The notes under the pieces: model-generated
Told to the model about the DNA's origin: nothing
What the model saw: the letters and a program-made list of their open reading frames with translations, nothing else
Databases searched by the model: none
Position numbers and translations under genes: made by a program
Shown here: in pieces, positions 15,601-29,714 of the stretch
Position numbering within the stretch: position 1 is the first letter of the stretch
How the letters are laid out: each line of letters opens with the position of its first letter
Origin: Eledone cirrhosa
Lineage: Eukaryota
Reading direction: 5' to 3'
NCBI GenBank assembly: GCA_964016885.1
Contig: OZ024759.1
Location: 8,494,001-8,558,000, forward strand
DNA: 64,000 bases

Positions 15601-18442
15601 TGACGTATCAATGGTCACACATGTAGCCCAGTTTACCTGACCTATCAATAGTCACACATGTAGCCCAGTTTACCTGACCTATCAATGGTCACACATGTAG
15701 CCCAGTTTACCTGACGTATCAATGGTCACACATGTAGCCCAGTTTACCTGACCTATCAATAGTCACACATGTAGCCCAGTTTACCTGACCTATCAATGGT
15801 CACACATGTAGCCCAGTTTACCTGACCTATCAATGGTCACACATGTAGCCCACTTTACCTGACCTATCAATGGTCACACATGTAGCCCAGTTTACCTGAC
15901 CTATCAATGGTCACACATGTAGATCAGTTTACCTGACCTATCAATAGTCACACATGTAGCCCAGTTTACCTGACCTATCAATAGTCACACATGTAGCCCA
16001 GTTTACCTGACCTATCAATGGTCACACATGTAGCCCAGTTTACCTGACCTATCAATGGTCACACATGTAGCCCAGTTTACCTGACCTATCAATAGTCACA
16101 CATGTAGCCCAGTTTACCAGACCTATCAATGGTCACACATGTAGCCCAGTTTACCTGACCTATCAATGGTCACACATGTAGCCCAGTTTACCTGACCTAT
16201 CAATAGTCACACATGTAGCCCAGTTTACCTGACCTATCAATGGTCACACATGTAGCCCAGTTTACCTGACGTATCAATGGACACACATGTAGACCTGTTT
16301 ACTGACCTATCAATAGTCACACATGTAGCCCAGTTTACCAGACCTATCAATGGTCACACATGTAGCCCAGTTTACCTGACGTATCAATGGTCACACATGT
16401 AGCCCAGTTTACCTGACCTATCAATAGTCACACATGTAGACCAGTTTACCTGACCTATCAATGGTCACACATGTAGCCCAGTTTACCTGACCTATCAATG
16501 GTCACACATGTAGCCCAGTTTACCTGACCTATCAATAGTCACACATGTAGCCCAGTTTACCTGACCTATCAATGGTCACACATGTAGCCCAGTTTACCTG
16601 ACCTATCAATAGTCACACATGTAGCCCAGTTTACCTGACTTATCAATGGTCACACATGTAGCCCAGTTTACCTGACCTATCAATAGTCACACATGTAGAC
16701 CAGTTTACCTGACTTATCAATAGTCACACATGTAGCCCAGTTTACCTGACCTATCAATGGTCACACATGTAGCCCAGTTTACCTGACCTATCAATGGTCA
16801 CACATGTAGCCCAGCTTACCTGACCTATCTCAATGGTCACACATGTAGCCCAGTTTACCTGACCTATCAATAGTGACACATGTAGCCCAGTTTACCTGAC
16901 CTATCAATAGTCACACATGTAGCCCAGTTTACCTGACCTATCAATGGTCACACATGTAGCCCAGTTTACCTGACCTATCAATAGTGACACATGTAGCCCA
17001 GTTTACCTGACCTATCAATAGTCACACATGTAGCCCAGTTTACCTGACCTATCAATGGTCACACATGTAGCCCAGTTTACCTGACCTATCAATAGTGACA
17101 CATGTAGCCCAGTTTACCTGACCTATCAATAGTCACACATGTAGCCCAGTTTACCTGACCTATCAATAGTGACACATGTAGCCCAGTTTACCTGACGTAT
17201 CAATAGTCACACATGTAGCCCAGTTTACCTGACCTATCAATGGTCACACATGTAGCCCAGTTTACCTGACCTATCAATAGTCACACATGTAGCCCAGTTT
17301 ACCTGACGTATCAATAGTCACACATGTAGCCCAGTTTACCTGACCTATCAATGGTCACACATGTAGCCCAGTTTACCTGACCTATCAATAGTCACACATG
17401 TAGCCCAGTTTACCTGACCTATCAATAGTCACACATGTAGCCCAGTTTACCTGACCTATCAATGGTCACACATGTAGCCCAGTTTACCTGACCTATCAAT
17501 GGTCACACATGTAGCCCAGTTTACCTGACCTATCTCAATGGTCACACATGTAGCCCAGTTTACCTGACCTATCAATGGACACACATGTAGACCTGTTTAC
17601 TGACCTATCAATAGTCACACATGTAGCCCAGTTTACCTGACCTATCAATGGTCACACATGTAGCCCAGTTTACCTGACCTATCAATGGTCACACATGTAG
17701 CCCAGTTTACCTGACCTATCAATGGTCACACATGTAGCCCAGTTTACCTGACCTATCTCAATGGTCACACATGTAGCCCAGTTTACCTGACCTATCAATG
17801 GTCACACATGTAGCCCAGTTTACCTGACCTATCAATAGTCACACATGTAGCCCAGTTTACCTGACCTATCAATGGTCACACATGTAGCCCAGTTTACCTG
17901 ACCTATCAATGGTCACACATGTAGCCCAGTTTACCTGACCTATCAATGGTCACACATGTAGCCCAGTTTACCTGACCTATCAATGGTCACACATGTAGCC
18001 CAGCTTACCTGACCTATCAATGGTCACACATGTAGCCCAGTTTACCTGACCTATCTCAATGGTCACACATGTAGCCCAGTTTACCTGACCTATCAATGGT
18101 CACACATGTAGCCCAGTTTACCTGACCTATCAATAGTCACACATGTAGCCCAGTTTACCTGACCTATCAATGGTCACACATGTAGACCAGTTTACCTGAC
18201 CTATCAATGGTCACACATGTAGCCCAGTTTACCTGACCTATTAATGGTCACACATGTAGCCCAGTTTACCTGACCTATCAATGGTCACACATGTAGACCA
18301 GTTTACCTGACCTATTAATGGTCACACATGTAGCCCAGTTTACCTGACCTATCAATGGTCACACATGTAGCCCAGTTTACCTGACCTATCAATGGTCACA
18401 CATGTAGCCCAGTTTACCTGACCTATCAATGGTCACACATGT
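12695..18442. repeat. 37-bp minisatellite, about 155 copies
   Basis: Unit GTAGCCCAGTTTACCTGACCTATCAATGGTCACACAT with point variants. Confidence 0.97.
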
Positions 18443-18726
18443 AAACCTCTTCAACTCGGCCTCCTTGCTGCAACTTCTATCTTGTTGTTTTGCTCTGTTA
18501 TTTCTAAATACATAATTTTTACTACATAAGGCTGGAACAGTCGGTAGAGCGTCGCGTAGAATGTATTGTGGTGTTCGGTCCAGCTCTCTATTCTCCTTTA
18601 GCTCCAAACCATCTGAGGTCAACTTTAATAAATAAAGTGACCATTCCTTCACCCACACACGCTCTCTCTCTCTCTCTCTCTCGATCTCTCTCTCTCTCTC
18701 TCTCCACCCTCTCTCTCTCTCTCTCC

Positions 18727-18755
<29 letters not shown>

Positions 18756-18760
<5 letters not shown>

Positions 18761-18995
18761 GTCTGTTGTCAGTTACAGGGCCAACATTTGACATCTAGTG
18801 TGGGTCTGTTGTCAGATACAGGGCCAACATTTGACATGTGGTCTGAGTCTGTTGCCAGATACAGGGCCAACATTTGACATCTGGTCTGGGACTGTTGCCA
18901 GATACAGGGCCAACATTTGACATGTGGTCTGAGTCTGTTGCCAGATACAGGGCCAACATTTGACATCTGGTCTGGGTCTGTTGCCAGATACAGAG
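18756..18995. repeat. 43-bp minisatellite, about 5 copies
   Basis: Unit CTGTTGCCAGATACAGGGCCAACATTTGACATGTGGTCTGAGT. Confidence 0.9.
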
Positions 18996-18999
18996 CTTA

Positions 19000-20130
19000 C
19001 ATTTTACAATGTTTATGTTCTTACTCTCTCTGGCCTCGATACTTGTATCCGAGAAGCAGCCGAGGAGATATGCGACGTCAAGTTTGACGTCATTGGATGG
19101 CAACAGGCCACTTTACCTGTCACGTATGGCGACCTTGGCCTCCGGTCCCTGATCTCACTGGTTTTGCCGGCGTATCTTTCGTCGGTAACCTCATGCCGCG
19201 TCCTCGTCAGCAGGGTTCTTCTAAACACAATAGAACCCTCCGTGTTCAGAGAACGTGAGGCCGCCTGTAGGACGTGGAACCGGCTGGGACTTCCCTTCTC
19301 CTTCTCCCTCTGTTGACGTCAAGTCCCCCCCCCCCAAAGCACTTGGGATGCCATTCAGTGAAGCCTGGCTTCAGACAAGCTCACGCGCCAGCTCGACCAG
19401 CACCGCCTTGCCTGTTTTCGTGCGGCTTCCAAACCCCTCAGTAGTGCCTGACTCCATGCCCTGCCCTCCTTCTCCACTGGCACACAGCTAGACATCAATA
19501 GCCTGCGCATCGGCGTTTCCTTGAGGCTCGGCCTTCGGCTCTACCAGCCACACCAATGTCACTGCGGATCCACCATGGACTCTTTCGACCCCACCCGCTT
19601 TCCTGTCGCCACAGTGCCGGCCGCCTTCCACGCCATACTGCCCTCAACGAGGTCATAAAGCATGGCTTGGACGCTGCAGGCGGTGGGGTTGGACCGAGGG
19701 GACGGCAAAAGGCCAGATGGCATGACCATCTTCCCGTTCTGCGGTGGCAAACCCCTCGTCTGGGATGCCACTTGCACCAACACTTTCTGCAGCCGCAACC
19801 TAGTGCAGTCTGCGACTGACCCAGGTTCTGTTGCACGTCGGGCAGAGGGGGCCAAGCTCTTCAAGTACTGGTCTCTCTCCGACAGGTTTGCGGTCGTACC
19901 CCTGGCAGTGAAGACTTCTGGTGTCCTCGGCCCTAGGGCTACCTCCCTACTCACCACCATAGGCGCTGAGCTGGCCAGCCGCAGGCGTGAGCCCCGCGAG
20001 TTGGAGTGGCTTTTCCAGCGCGTCTCCATTGCCGTCCTTCGGGGAAACGCCTTCTCCATTCTGACCGCCGGGGCTGTGGGTGGGCCCCATCGCGTATCAT
20101 TCCATATTTAATTATGGTCGGTATGTATAA
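19000..20130 (+). mobile_element. Degenerate CRE-like non-LTR retrotransposon 3' end (restriction-like endonuclease)
   Basis: Across frameshifts: QATLPV.YG.LG, C.CG...H.LSC...GR..RH..LN, DGKRPDG, LVWDATC, AE..K..KY, QRVSIAVLRGNA.SIL. Confidence 0.85.
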
Positions 20131-20337
20131 GTTTTTGTTTTGGATGTTGACGAAAACGTAATTAGGTGTAGCAGAAAGTCGTTTTGATTGAAAGTTAAAG
20201 AAGTTAATTAAAACATCAATGTATTCTCCATAATTACATTCACAACTGTATTACAATATACTGTGTTTCTTGTCTGATATATGGCTGTCTCTCTCTCTAT
20301 ATATATATATCTTCTAATTTGGTTATTGTGACTCTAG

Positions 20338-20530
20338 AGGCGGTGGATTGGCAGTATCGGTAGAGGGTCGGACGCCATGCTTTGACGCATAGAGTTACGG
20401 CCCTTGCCATTCTGAGTTCAAATCCCGCCGAGGTTAACTTTGCCTTTCATCCTTACGGAGTCGATAAAATAAAGTACCAGTAATACACTGGGATAATTGC
20501 TGGCCTTGTGCCAAACGTAGAAACAGTTAT
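20338..20530 (+). mobile_element. tRNA-derived SINE (family 1)
   Basis: GGCGGTGGATTGGCAG...GAGTTCAAATCCCGCCGAGG...GCCTTTCATCC...GTAGAAACA; imperfect TSD. Confidence 0.85.
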
Positions 20531-20589
20531 TATGACACTAGATATATATATCATCATCATCATCATCATCACCATATATATATATATAG

Positions 20590-20820
20590 CAAAGAGGGTG
20601 TGGTAATATCAGGTGGACCATAACGCACCAGACTACTCAATACGTAGGGTAATACAGTGGGTAATATGAAAAGAATTAGGAGCCCCGACGGCTGAGCTCC
20701 GGCCGTTTCGAGAGCACGTGTCACCGCCTACCCACCCCCACCGTTCTCTCTCGTTTCTGTCGGTTCTTCTTCTTAGCTCTTTTATTGTTCTTTTTCAATC
20801 ATTCGTTCATTACATACAGA

Positions 20821-20888
<68 letters not shown>

Positions 20889-20945
20889 ACAGTTTGGATC
20901 TAGCTCTCGAAAAGGCCGGAGCTCAGCCGTCGAGGTCCTGACTCT

Positions 20946-20950
<5 letters not shown>
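20590..20950. mobile_element. Family A fold-back element with internal (TC)n
   Basis: Inverted GAAA-GCCGTC arms at about 20683-20715 and 20903-20940; the internal segment recurs at 23284-23395. Confidence 0.55.
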
Positions 20951-20991
<41 letters not shown>

Positions 20992-21136
20992 GAGTTAAAC
21001 AAGATTCAATGAGTACATCAAAGAATGAGTTTTACAATAGATTGGAAGCACTCTACAGTAATTAAAAAAAAAATTTTCCAGAGTTATTAATATTAAATTC
21101 AAATATTAACAAAATAGATATTCTTGTGATCAATTA

Positions 21137-21204
21137 TATTTTATTATACATATTTCAGAGGTACTTGAATCAGGTTCAACAGTACGTCCTCATCAGATAA
21201 AATA
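21137..21204 (-). ncRNA. Type I hammerhead ribozyme (family C, left arm of fold-back)
   Basis: Reverse complement reads TATTTTAT-CTGATGA-GGACGTAC tg TTGAA cctga TTCAA GTACCTCT-GAAA-T atgt A-TA-ATAAAATA; 8-bp stem I. Confidence 0.75.
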
Positions 21205-21267
21205 AAATAAACCTTGATTAAATCTTAACCATCTAACATGTCAGGGTATGTCATGTATGATTTTATT

Positions 21268-21327
21268 TTATCTGATGAGGACGTACTGTTGAACCTGATT
21301 CAAGTACCTCTGAAATATGTATAATAA
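21268..21327 (+). ncRNA. Type I hammerhead ribozyme (family C, right arm of fold-back)
   Basis: Inverted duplicate of 21137-21204; CTGATGA at 21272, GAAA at 21312. Confidence 0.72.
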
Positions 21328-21370
21328 CATTTAATTGATCACGAGAATATCTATTTTGTTAATATTTGAA

Positions 21371-21451
<81 letters not shown>

Positions 21452-21589
21452 CATATATATATATAATTAAGTTAAAAACGTACATCTACATATGCATACT
21501 GAAATACTAGTGTGTATATGAATACACACACGTATACATATGTAGGTGTACCAAGTCTTTCACTGGATGCTATTTAATTTCGTTATTTG

Positions 21590-21729
<140 letters not shown>

Positions 21730-21782
21730 TATATATATATATATATATATATATAAGTATATATATATATATATATATATAC

Positions 21783-21826
<44 letters not shown>

Positions 21827-21827
21827 T

Positions 21828-21927
<100 letters not shown>

Positions 21928-22053
21928 TGAATGAGCATATATTGGTGGGCGTAAATGTGTGTGTGAATATGTGTGTGCGTATATATGTGCATATGTGTGT
22001 ATATGTGTGTGTACCTATCTCTCTCTCTATATATATATATATATATGTGTGTA

Positions 22054-22102
<49 letters not shown>

Positions 22103-22844
22103 ATATACGTGTGTATGTTCCAATAATGATCACATATGGTTCGATAATCCCTGGTTCGATCCTCTACCAGTTAGCAGGCTGTTCAGAAATTCTCGTTTAT
22201 GTAATCGTCCCGCACGACGTCTGCAGCGCCCCATGGGTGCCCTAGCTAGAGTGGTGGTGGTGGTGGTGGTGGTGGTGGTGGTGGATGTGGTGGTGTTGTT
22301 GGTATTGGTGGTGGTGTTGTTGGTAGTGGTGATGGTGGTGGTGTTGGTAGTGATGGTGGTGATGGTGGTGGTGGTGTTGGTGGTGGTAGTGGTGGTGGTG
22401 GTGGTGGTGGTGTTGGTGGTGGTGGTGGTGGTGGTGGTGGTGGTGGTGGTGTTGGTGGTGGTGGTGGTGTTGGTGGTGGTGATGGAGGGGGTGGTGGTGA
22501 TGGAGGTGGTGATGGTGGTGGAGGTGGTGGTGGTGGTGGTGGTGGTGGTGGTGGTGGTGGTGGTGATGGAGGTGGTGGTGGTGGTGGTGGTGGTGGTGGT
22601 GGTGATGGAGGTGGTGGTGTTGGTGGTGGTGGTGGTGGTGGTGGTGGAGGTGGTGGTGTTGTTGGTAGTGGTGGTGGTGGTGTTGGTAGTGGTGATGGTG
22701 ATGGTGTTGGTGGTGGTGGGGTTGTTGGTGTTGGTGGTGGTGGTGATGATGTTGGTGTTGTTAGTAGTGGTGGAGGTGTTTTGTCGTTTTGTCAACGATG
22801 GTTGTTTTAAAGCAGAGATTTGGAACAAATATTTATAAAGCTGT

Positions 22845-22968
<124 letters not shown>

Positions 22969-23386
22969 TGTGTGTGTGCGTGTACATACTTATATGTGTG
23001 TGTGTGTGTGTATGAATATATATATGTATATATATATGTGTGCATGTGTATATATGTGTGTGTATGTATGTATATAAATACGTACATAAATGTGTGTGCA
23101 TGTGTATATACATATACATATACAGACACACACTGACAAAGAGAGAGAGAGGCGGGAGCACACGTGCAATTGCAGTACACACGTTTCATGTTTGTACCAT
23201 GGTTACTCCGTCACTACATACTGCCGGAAGTTGCCACCAAACGTCATACCGTCAATGATGGACGCCGAGAGATCGTGACGTCAGCACGTGTCACCACCCA
23301 CCCACCCCCACCGTTCTCTCTCGTTTCTGTCGGTTCCTCTTCTTAGCTCTTTTATTGTTCTTTTTCAATCATTCGTTCATTACATA

Positions 23387-23466
<80 letters not shown>

Positions 23467-23538
23467 CTCTTTCTCTCTCTCTCTCACACACATACACACT
23501 ACATATATATATATATATATATATACTACATACATATA

Positions 23539-23576
<38 letters not shown>

Positions 23577-23700
23577 TATATATATACATATATATAATAT
23601 ATATATATATATGGGTATATATATACACATATATATATACCCATATATCACTATAAATATATGTGGATACATATATTTATGTATATATATATTTAGTGTG

Positions 23701-23777
<77 letters not shown>

Positions 23778-23823
23778 ATAATTATATCTATCTATATGTA
23801 CATATAGATAGATATATATAGTA

Positions 23824-23899
<76 letters not shown>

Positions 23900-23926
23900 G
23901 TACATATAGATATATATATATAGTAG

Positions 23927-23969
<43 letters not shown>

Positions 23970-24121
23970 ATTTATATTTATCTATATGTATAAATATGTA
24001 TGTATATATGTGTGTGCATATGTGCGTGTGTATTTATATGTATCTCTCTATATATATATATGGGTGCGTGTGTGTCAGTGTGTGATTAGAGAGAGAGAGA
24101 GAGAGATAGAGAGAGAGAGAG

Positions 24122-24199
<78 letters not shown>

Positions 24200-24428
24200 T
24201 ATGAATGTGATTATTTAGAAACTACGGAAGACGACGTGTGCAGCATGATGACATCCATCATCAACATACCAGTAATTGTATACGTCGGTGGATGTTTTGC
24301 CGGGGGAGTGGTGTCATAGAAGGACGTGTATGGTTTAGCTGTTCCTTGAGCGTCCTCGATCTGGGTGAATGAGGTCGATCATGGGTTCGTTGTTGGTTAA
24401 TCCTGATTGTATTTAACTTCGATATATA

Positions 24429-24502
<74 letters not shown>

Positions 24503-24716
24503 GATATTAAATAAATGGAAACTATATTTATAAAACCATATTTATTTCATCATATATATTTCAGGGATATCATATTAACAATATGCTATGCCTTCCTCAG
24601 ACAAAATACAATATAGACGGTTTTATAGTTTTATAGACTGCCAAATCAACTTTTCAAATACAAGTCGATGTTGAACGGTATGTCAAATCTATTTATCTAT
24701 AAAACTGTCTATATTG

Positions 24717-24782
24717 TATTTTGTCTGAGGAAGGCATAGCATATTGTTAATATGATATCCCTGAAATATATATGATGAAATA
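24717..24782 (+). ncRNA. Hammerhead fold with G at the cleavage position (probably inactive); inverted twin at 24543-24608
   Basis: TATTTTGT-CTGAGGA-AGG...CCT-GAAA-T atat A-TG-ATGAAATA. Confidence 0.55.
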
Positions 24783-24909
24783 AATATGGTTTTATAAATA
24801 TAGTTTCCATTTATTTAATATCGTAAATATACTCCAAATACTTGTCGAGTGCTTTTATATCAGTTATAAATATTTACTAGTTGTAACCCAACAATTTAAA
24901 TATAACTTT

Positions 24910-24971
<62 letters not shown>

Positions 24972-25320
24972 TTAGGTTAATAGGAGTTAGGTATTGTATA
25001 CCCGTGTCCCATTAAGGTATTGGCAGCTAGTAAACAAGGACCCACACCCCACCCTCCCGCACCAAAATTAGACTTATCGTCCCCTGCTTTTGCTCTTTAC
25101 TCTCTTTACTCTTTGTTCTTGAATGTTTGGTTGGTAGAGTCCTTAACACCAATAAAACCCCTTTTATAGCTCTGAAGAATCCTACGGTTACGTAAGGAAG
25201 AAACATTGTAAGCCAATAAAAATCTTTTGATGTTGTAGACGCTCTTGTGTTCTTTATCATATATATATATATATATATATACTATGAATAAAGAGTTCTA
25301 AACTCAAACAGTCCTTTTCT

Positions 25321-25387
<67 letters not shown>

Positions 25388-25438
25388 TGGAATGATCCCA
25401 TCAAGACCGTTGAGGTATGTCATACATCAATTCATGTA

Positions 25439-25502
25439 TTTTATCTGACGAGAACGTACTGAAAAAAAACAGCACAGTACCTTCGAAATATATATAATAA
25501 AA
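25439..25502 (+). ncRNA. Type I hammerhead ribozyme (family C)
   Basis: TTTTAT-CTGACGA-GAA c GTACTG...CAGTAC c TTC-GAAA-T atat A-TA-ATAAAA; intact core, AUA triplet. Confidence 0.8.
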
Positions 25503-25534
25503 CATATATTTCGATTATGTGAATGCCTTCATTA

Positions 25535-25632
<98 letters not shown>

Positions 25633-25704
25633 TAGTACATAACTAAAAAGCTCTGTCGCCTACATAGAACACTCTCTTTTCCTTTACCTTTCCTACGGAA
25701 ATAC

Positions 25705-26166
<462 letters not shown>

Positions 26167-26179
26167 ATATATTATATAT

Positions 26180-26265
<86 letters not shown>

Positions 26266-26585
26266 AAGTACAGCATATTCAAAGCCAAAGCGTCAGCTAA
26301 GCCGACGAATGCTTTCAGCAGAGCAGCCAAGCACTCGACAGGGTATAGGACCTCACAGTAATAACTGTTTCTACTATAGGCACAAGGCCAGCAATTATCC
26401 CAGTGTATTACTGGTACTTTATTTTATCAACCCAGTAAGGATGAATGGCAAAGTTAACCTCGGCGGTATTTGAACTCAGATCATAAAGGGCCGTAATAAT
26501 ATACAGTTTAAAGGGCTTTGCAAAATGAAGACAGCGACCGGTAATTCAGCCGGGGTCCGTAGCAACGAAAGAACTGACTCGTGAT

Positions 26586-26658
<73 letters not shown>

Positions 26659-26724
26659 CATATATAATATATTATAATAAAATAACAGGAGGCTGGACTT
26701 GTGTAAATCCTTGAAAGGTTTATT

Positions 26725-26782
26725 ATGCTATGATCATTTCAATGACCGGGTTCCGTATGAATCCGGTGATATCATCAGGTAT
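26725..26782 (-). ncRNA. Type I hammerhead ribozyme followed by AATAAA
   Basis: Reverse complement reads ATAC-CTGATGA-TATCACCGG...CCGGTCATT-GAAA-T gatc A-TA-GCAT-AATAAA; stem I has one mismatch. Confidence 0.65.
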
Positions 26783-27036
26783 TCGAAATATAATAAATGA
26801 GTGTAACAGATAAAATCCATGGGGCTGAAAATCATAGACCCGAGGACGACCGACCATCTAGCATCTTCCACTTTAGCCGGTCGCCCTCAATATTATAATA
26901 TTTAACTCCGTACTCGCACCACCAACTACACAAACGAAGACGTTTGAGCTACTTTACGTTGAGTACTCTCCATATTATTACATCAAGATTGACCATACGG
27001 AATGACCAGCTCTATCCAGTGGTGAACCTTCAAACC

Positions 27037-27111
<75 letters not shown>

Positions 27112-27170
27112 GTGAGGTTTTTTTTACAAATTGAAAAATAACCGAGGTGTCCTACACGAGTGAAAGTATA

Positions 27171-27423
27171 AAGAAAAAGAGATGAAATCGAAAATGCAAC
27201 TGGAGTCTTATTTTTTTTTTAAATATATATATTTATTTGGTTCCTTTACCGGTTTCGCAGTTCTTCTGCTTTTCAAAAGTAGAAAAACCACAGACCCTCC
27301 ATCTCAACTCACCTTTTGAAAAGCAGAAGAACTGCGAAACCGGTAAAGGAACCAAATAAATATATATATTTTTTTTTTAAATAAAACTCCAGTTGCATTT
27401 TCGATTTCATCTCTTTTTCTTTA
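27171..27423. mobile_element. Fold-back element with hammerhead 3' half (GAAA-CCGG-TA...AATAAA)
   Basis: 27171-27279 and 27313-27423 are near-perfect inverted arms. Confidence 0.55.
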
Positions 27424-27560
27424 TATATATATATATATATATTAAAATAACAGATTAAAGTTTAAGCAAAGAATCGCTGCTTTCACCCTTTCTTCCTGTC
27501 TTCCTCCGGTTGCAATGTTTTTTGAAATATTCACTTCTGCGTTCACAGATTGACTTTGTT

Positions 27561-27611
27561 AGTTTCAGAAGATCCCGTTAAGGGTGAAAGCACCGATTCT
27601 TTGCTTAAACT
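27561..27611 (+). ncRNA. Hammerhead-like fold with CAGAAGA core variant (family D)
   Basis: As 8238-8288; its 3' half is present inverted at about 27443-27490. Confidence 0.55.
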
Positions 27612-27736
27612 TTAATCTGTTATTTTAATAAATATTTGCTCTACGGTTCTTATATATTTGATATATAGTTATCCTTATCGAGCCCCCTTTGGATTTTAGT
27701 CTTCAAATTTATTATTATTACTATATATATATATAT

Positions 27737-27779
<43 letters not shown>

Positions 27780-28695
27780 CAATCTCGAGGTTGTGAGTTG
27801 ACACTTTATCTCACGCTGCTCCAGTTCACTCAGCTGTAGAAATGATGAATTGCAGCGTCACTGATGGCAAGTTGTCTTTCCCTTCAACAATATCACATAT
27901 ATCGTATATATCTCTAAAGTCTGTCTCGACCCCGGAAGCTCATCAGGCAGGTGCTTATCTCGGTTTCCATGGTATTAAGTGACTGATAGTGCAAAACTGC
28001 CCCTGTACAGGACGCCAGTCGATCGCCGGGTTAAACTCCCCAGCTATTGCTGGTACTCATTTTCAGTTGAGTACACTGGAGCAACATGAAATGAAGGGTT
28101 TTGCTCAAGAACACAACACACAACCTAATCTAGGAATTGAATACACATTGTTATGGTCATAAGTCCATATATATATATGAAAAATGGCGTGCTGCGTGGT
28201 TGCACATGGGTTACATATGAATAAAATTAGTCCTTCATCAGTGATCTTCCAACCTTCATTGGTATTTCTTCGCTTTAAAGATCATATACCTCTGGTTGGT
28301 GCGAGCAACGGCTAAAAAAAGTCGTTGGGACACGTAAAATGTTTGTTTACATGTCTCGCTCGCTTCACCCTATTTTACGTGTCCCAATAACTTTCTTTAG
28401 CTATTGCTCGCACCAACCAGAGGTTTATGATCTTTAAAGCGAAGATAGGCGAGCTCATCTGTCTTCGTGAAACCTTTGGTAAAAATATATATATATAGAG
28501 AGAGAGAGAGAGAATTAGTACATTTACCAACATATGTGTACAGATGTTCACCTATGCTAGCAAATATATATGTTATGTCTTAGTACCTTTGTGGTTCTAT
28601 GCAGGGGGATGCAGAACAATTATATGAAGGACGTAAAATAAGAAAATTTTAAAAATTAAAAATTTTTAATTTTTAAAATTTTCTTATTTTACGTC

Positions 28696-28744
<49 letters not shown>

Positions 28745-28745
<1 letters not shown>

Positions 28746-28896
28746 CCAAAGGTTTCACGAAGACAGATGAGCTCGCCTGTCTTCGTGAAACCTTTGGTAT
28801 ATGAAATAATTAACTTATGTTGTTTAGTACATAACTAAAAAGCTCTGTAGCCTACATAGAACACTCTCTTTTCCTTTACCTTTCCTACGGAAATAC

Positions 28897-28902
<6 letters not shown>
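28745..28902. mobile_element. Fold-back element with hammerhead 3' half (GAAA-CC ttt GG-TA)
   Basis: Palindrome TACCAAAGGTTTCACGAAGACAG...CTGTCTTCGTGAAACCTTTGGTA; the 3' tail recurs at 25627-25710 and a partial copy lies at 28440-28482. Confidence 0.5.
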
Positions 28903-28933
<31 letters not shown>

Positions 28934-29050
28934 AAGCAAAGAGATATTTAATTTGTTGCTAATCCAACAAATTTATTTACAACAGATTCGAAGCACTCAA
29001 CAGCTTAATATTTATTAATATCAATGATATTAATAAATGGAAACTATATT

Positions 29051-29098
<48 letters not shown>

Positions 29099-29641
29099 CT
29101 AAGGCGGGTAAAATTCCCGAGATCCATGGACGAGTTCTCTCCAGCGGTCTCTGTCCCTCATTATCGCTGCCATGTCCTGCATCTCCAACAGACCAGTGTC
29201 TGTCCTTAGGGCATCAACATACGTTAACCTTGGTCTTCCTCTTCTAGTGTGTCCATGTAGGGGCTCCCAAAGGAGCACTGAGTGCAATGTCAACTCTGGA
29301 TGTCGGTGAGCATGTCCAGCCAACCTCAGTCTCCTCTGTGTCACTTTTGAGCTGACTTTTGGGAGGCTCCCATACAGCTCTGAGTTTTTCATCCTCAGTG
29401 TATACTGATTAATGTTCAGAGCCATCCTTAGCATTCTCGTGTAGCACCCATCCACCATCTGAGTGAGTTTCTTGGTCAGTGTCCAAGTCTCAGACCCATA
29501 CAGCAGCACAGACTCCACTACAGCAATGAAGAGGCGGATTTTCAGGTCTCTACGAAGGTCCGACTTCCACACCGATCTCAAGCTGTGGCACGCCGCCCAG
29601 GCCTTGCTCTTCCTCTCAACCACATCATCCTCCGTATTCCC

Positions 29642-29642
<1 letters not shown>
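29099..29642 (-). mobile_element. RTE-type LINE 3' fragment in (TA)n
   Basis: Same family as 4322 and 5895; open from GNTEDD to EFYPP*. Confidence 0.88.

Positions 29643-29714
<72 letters not shown>

Noticed and set aside
12695-18442. 37-bp repeat with internal palindrome resembling a CRISPR repeat
   Set aside because: Units are head-to-tail with no unique spacers, there are no cas genes, and the context is eukaryotic.
18389-18658. 89-aa minus-strand ORF
   Set aside because: No recognisable domain and no convincing donor; better explained as the distal 3' UTR of the plus-strand gene.
20338-20430. tRNA-like A/B boxes
   Set aside because: Heads of multi-copy SINEs with TSDs; no complete cloverleaf.
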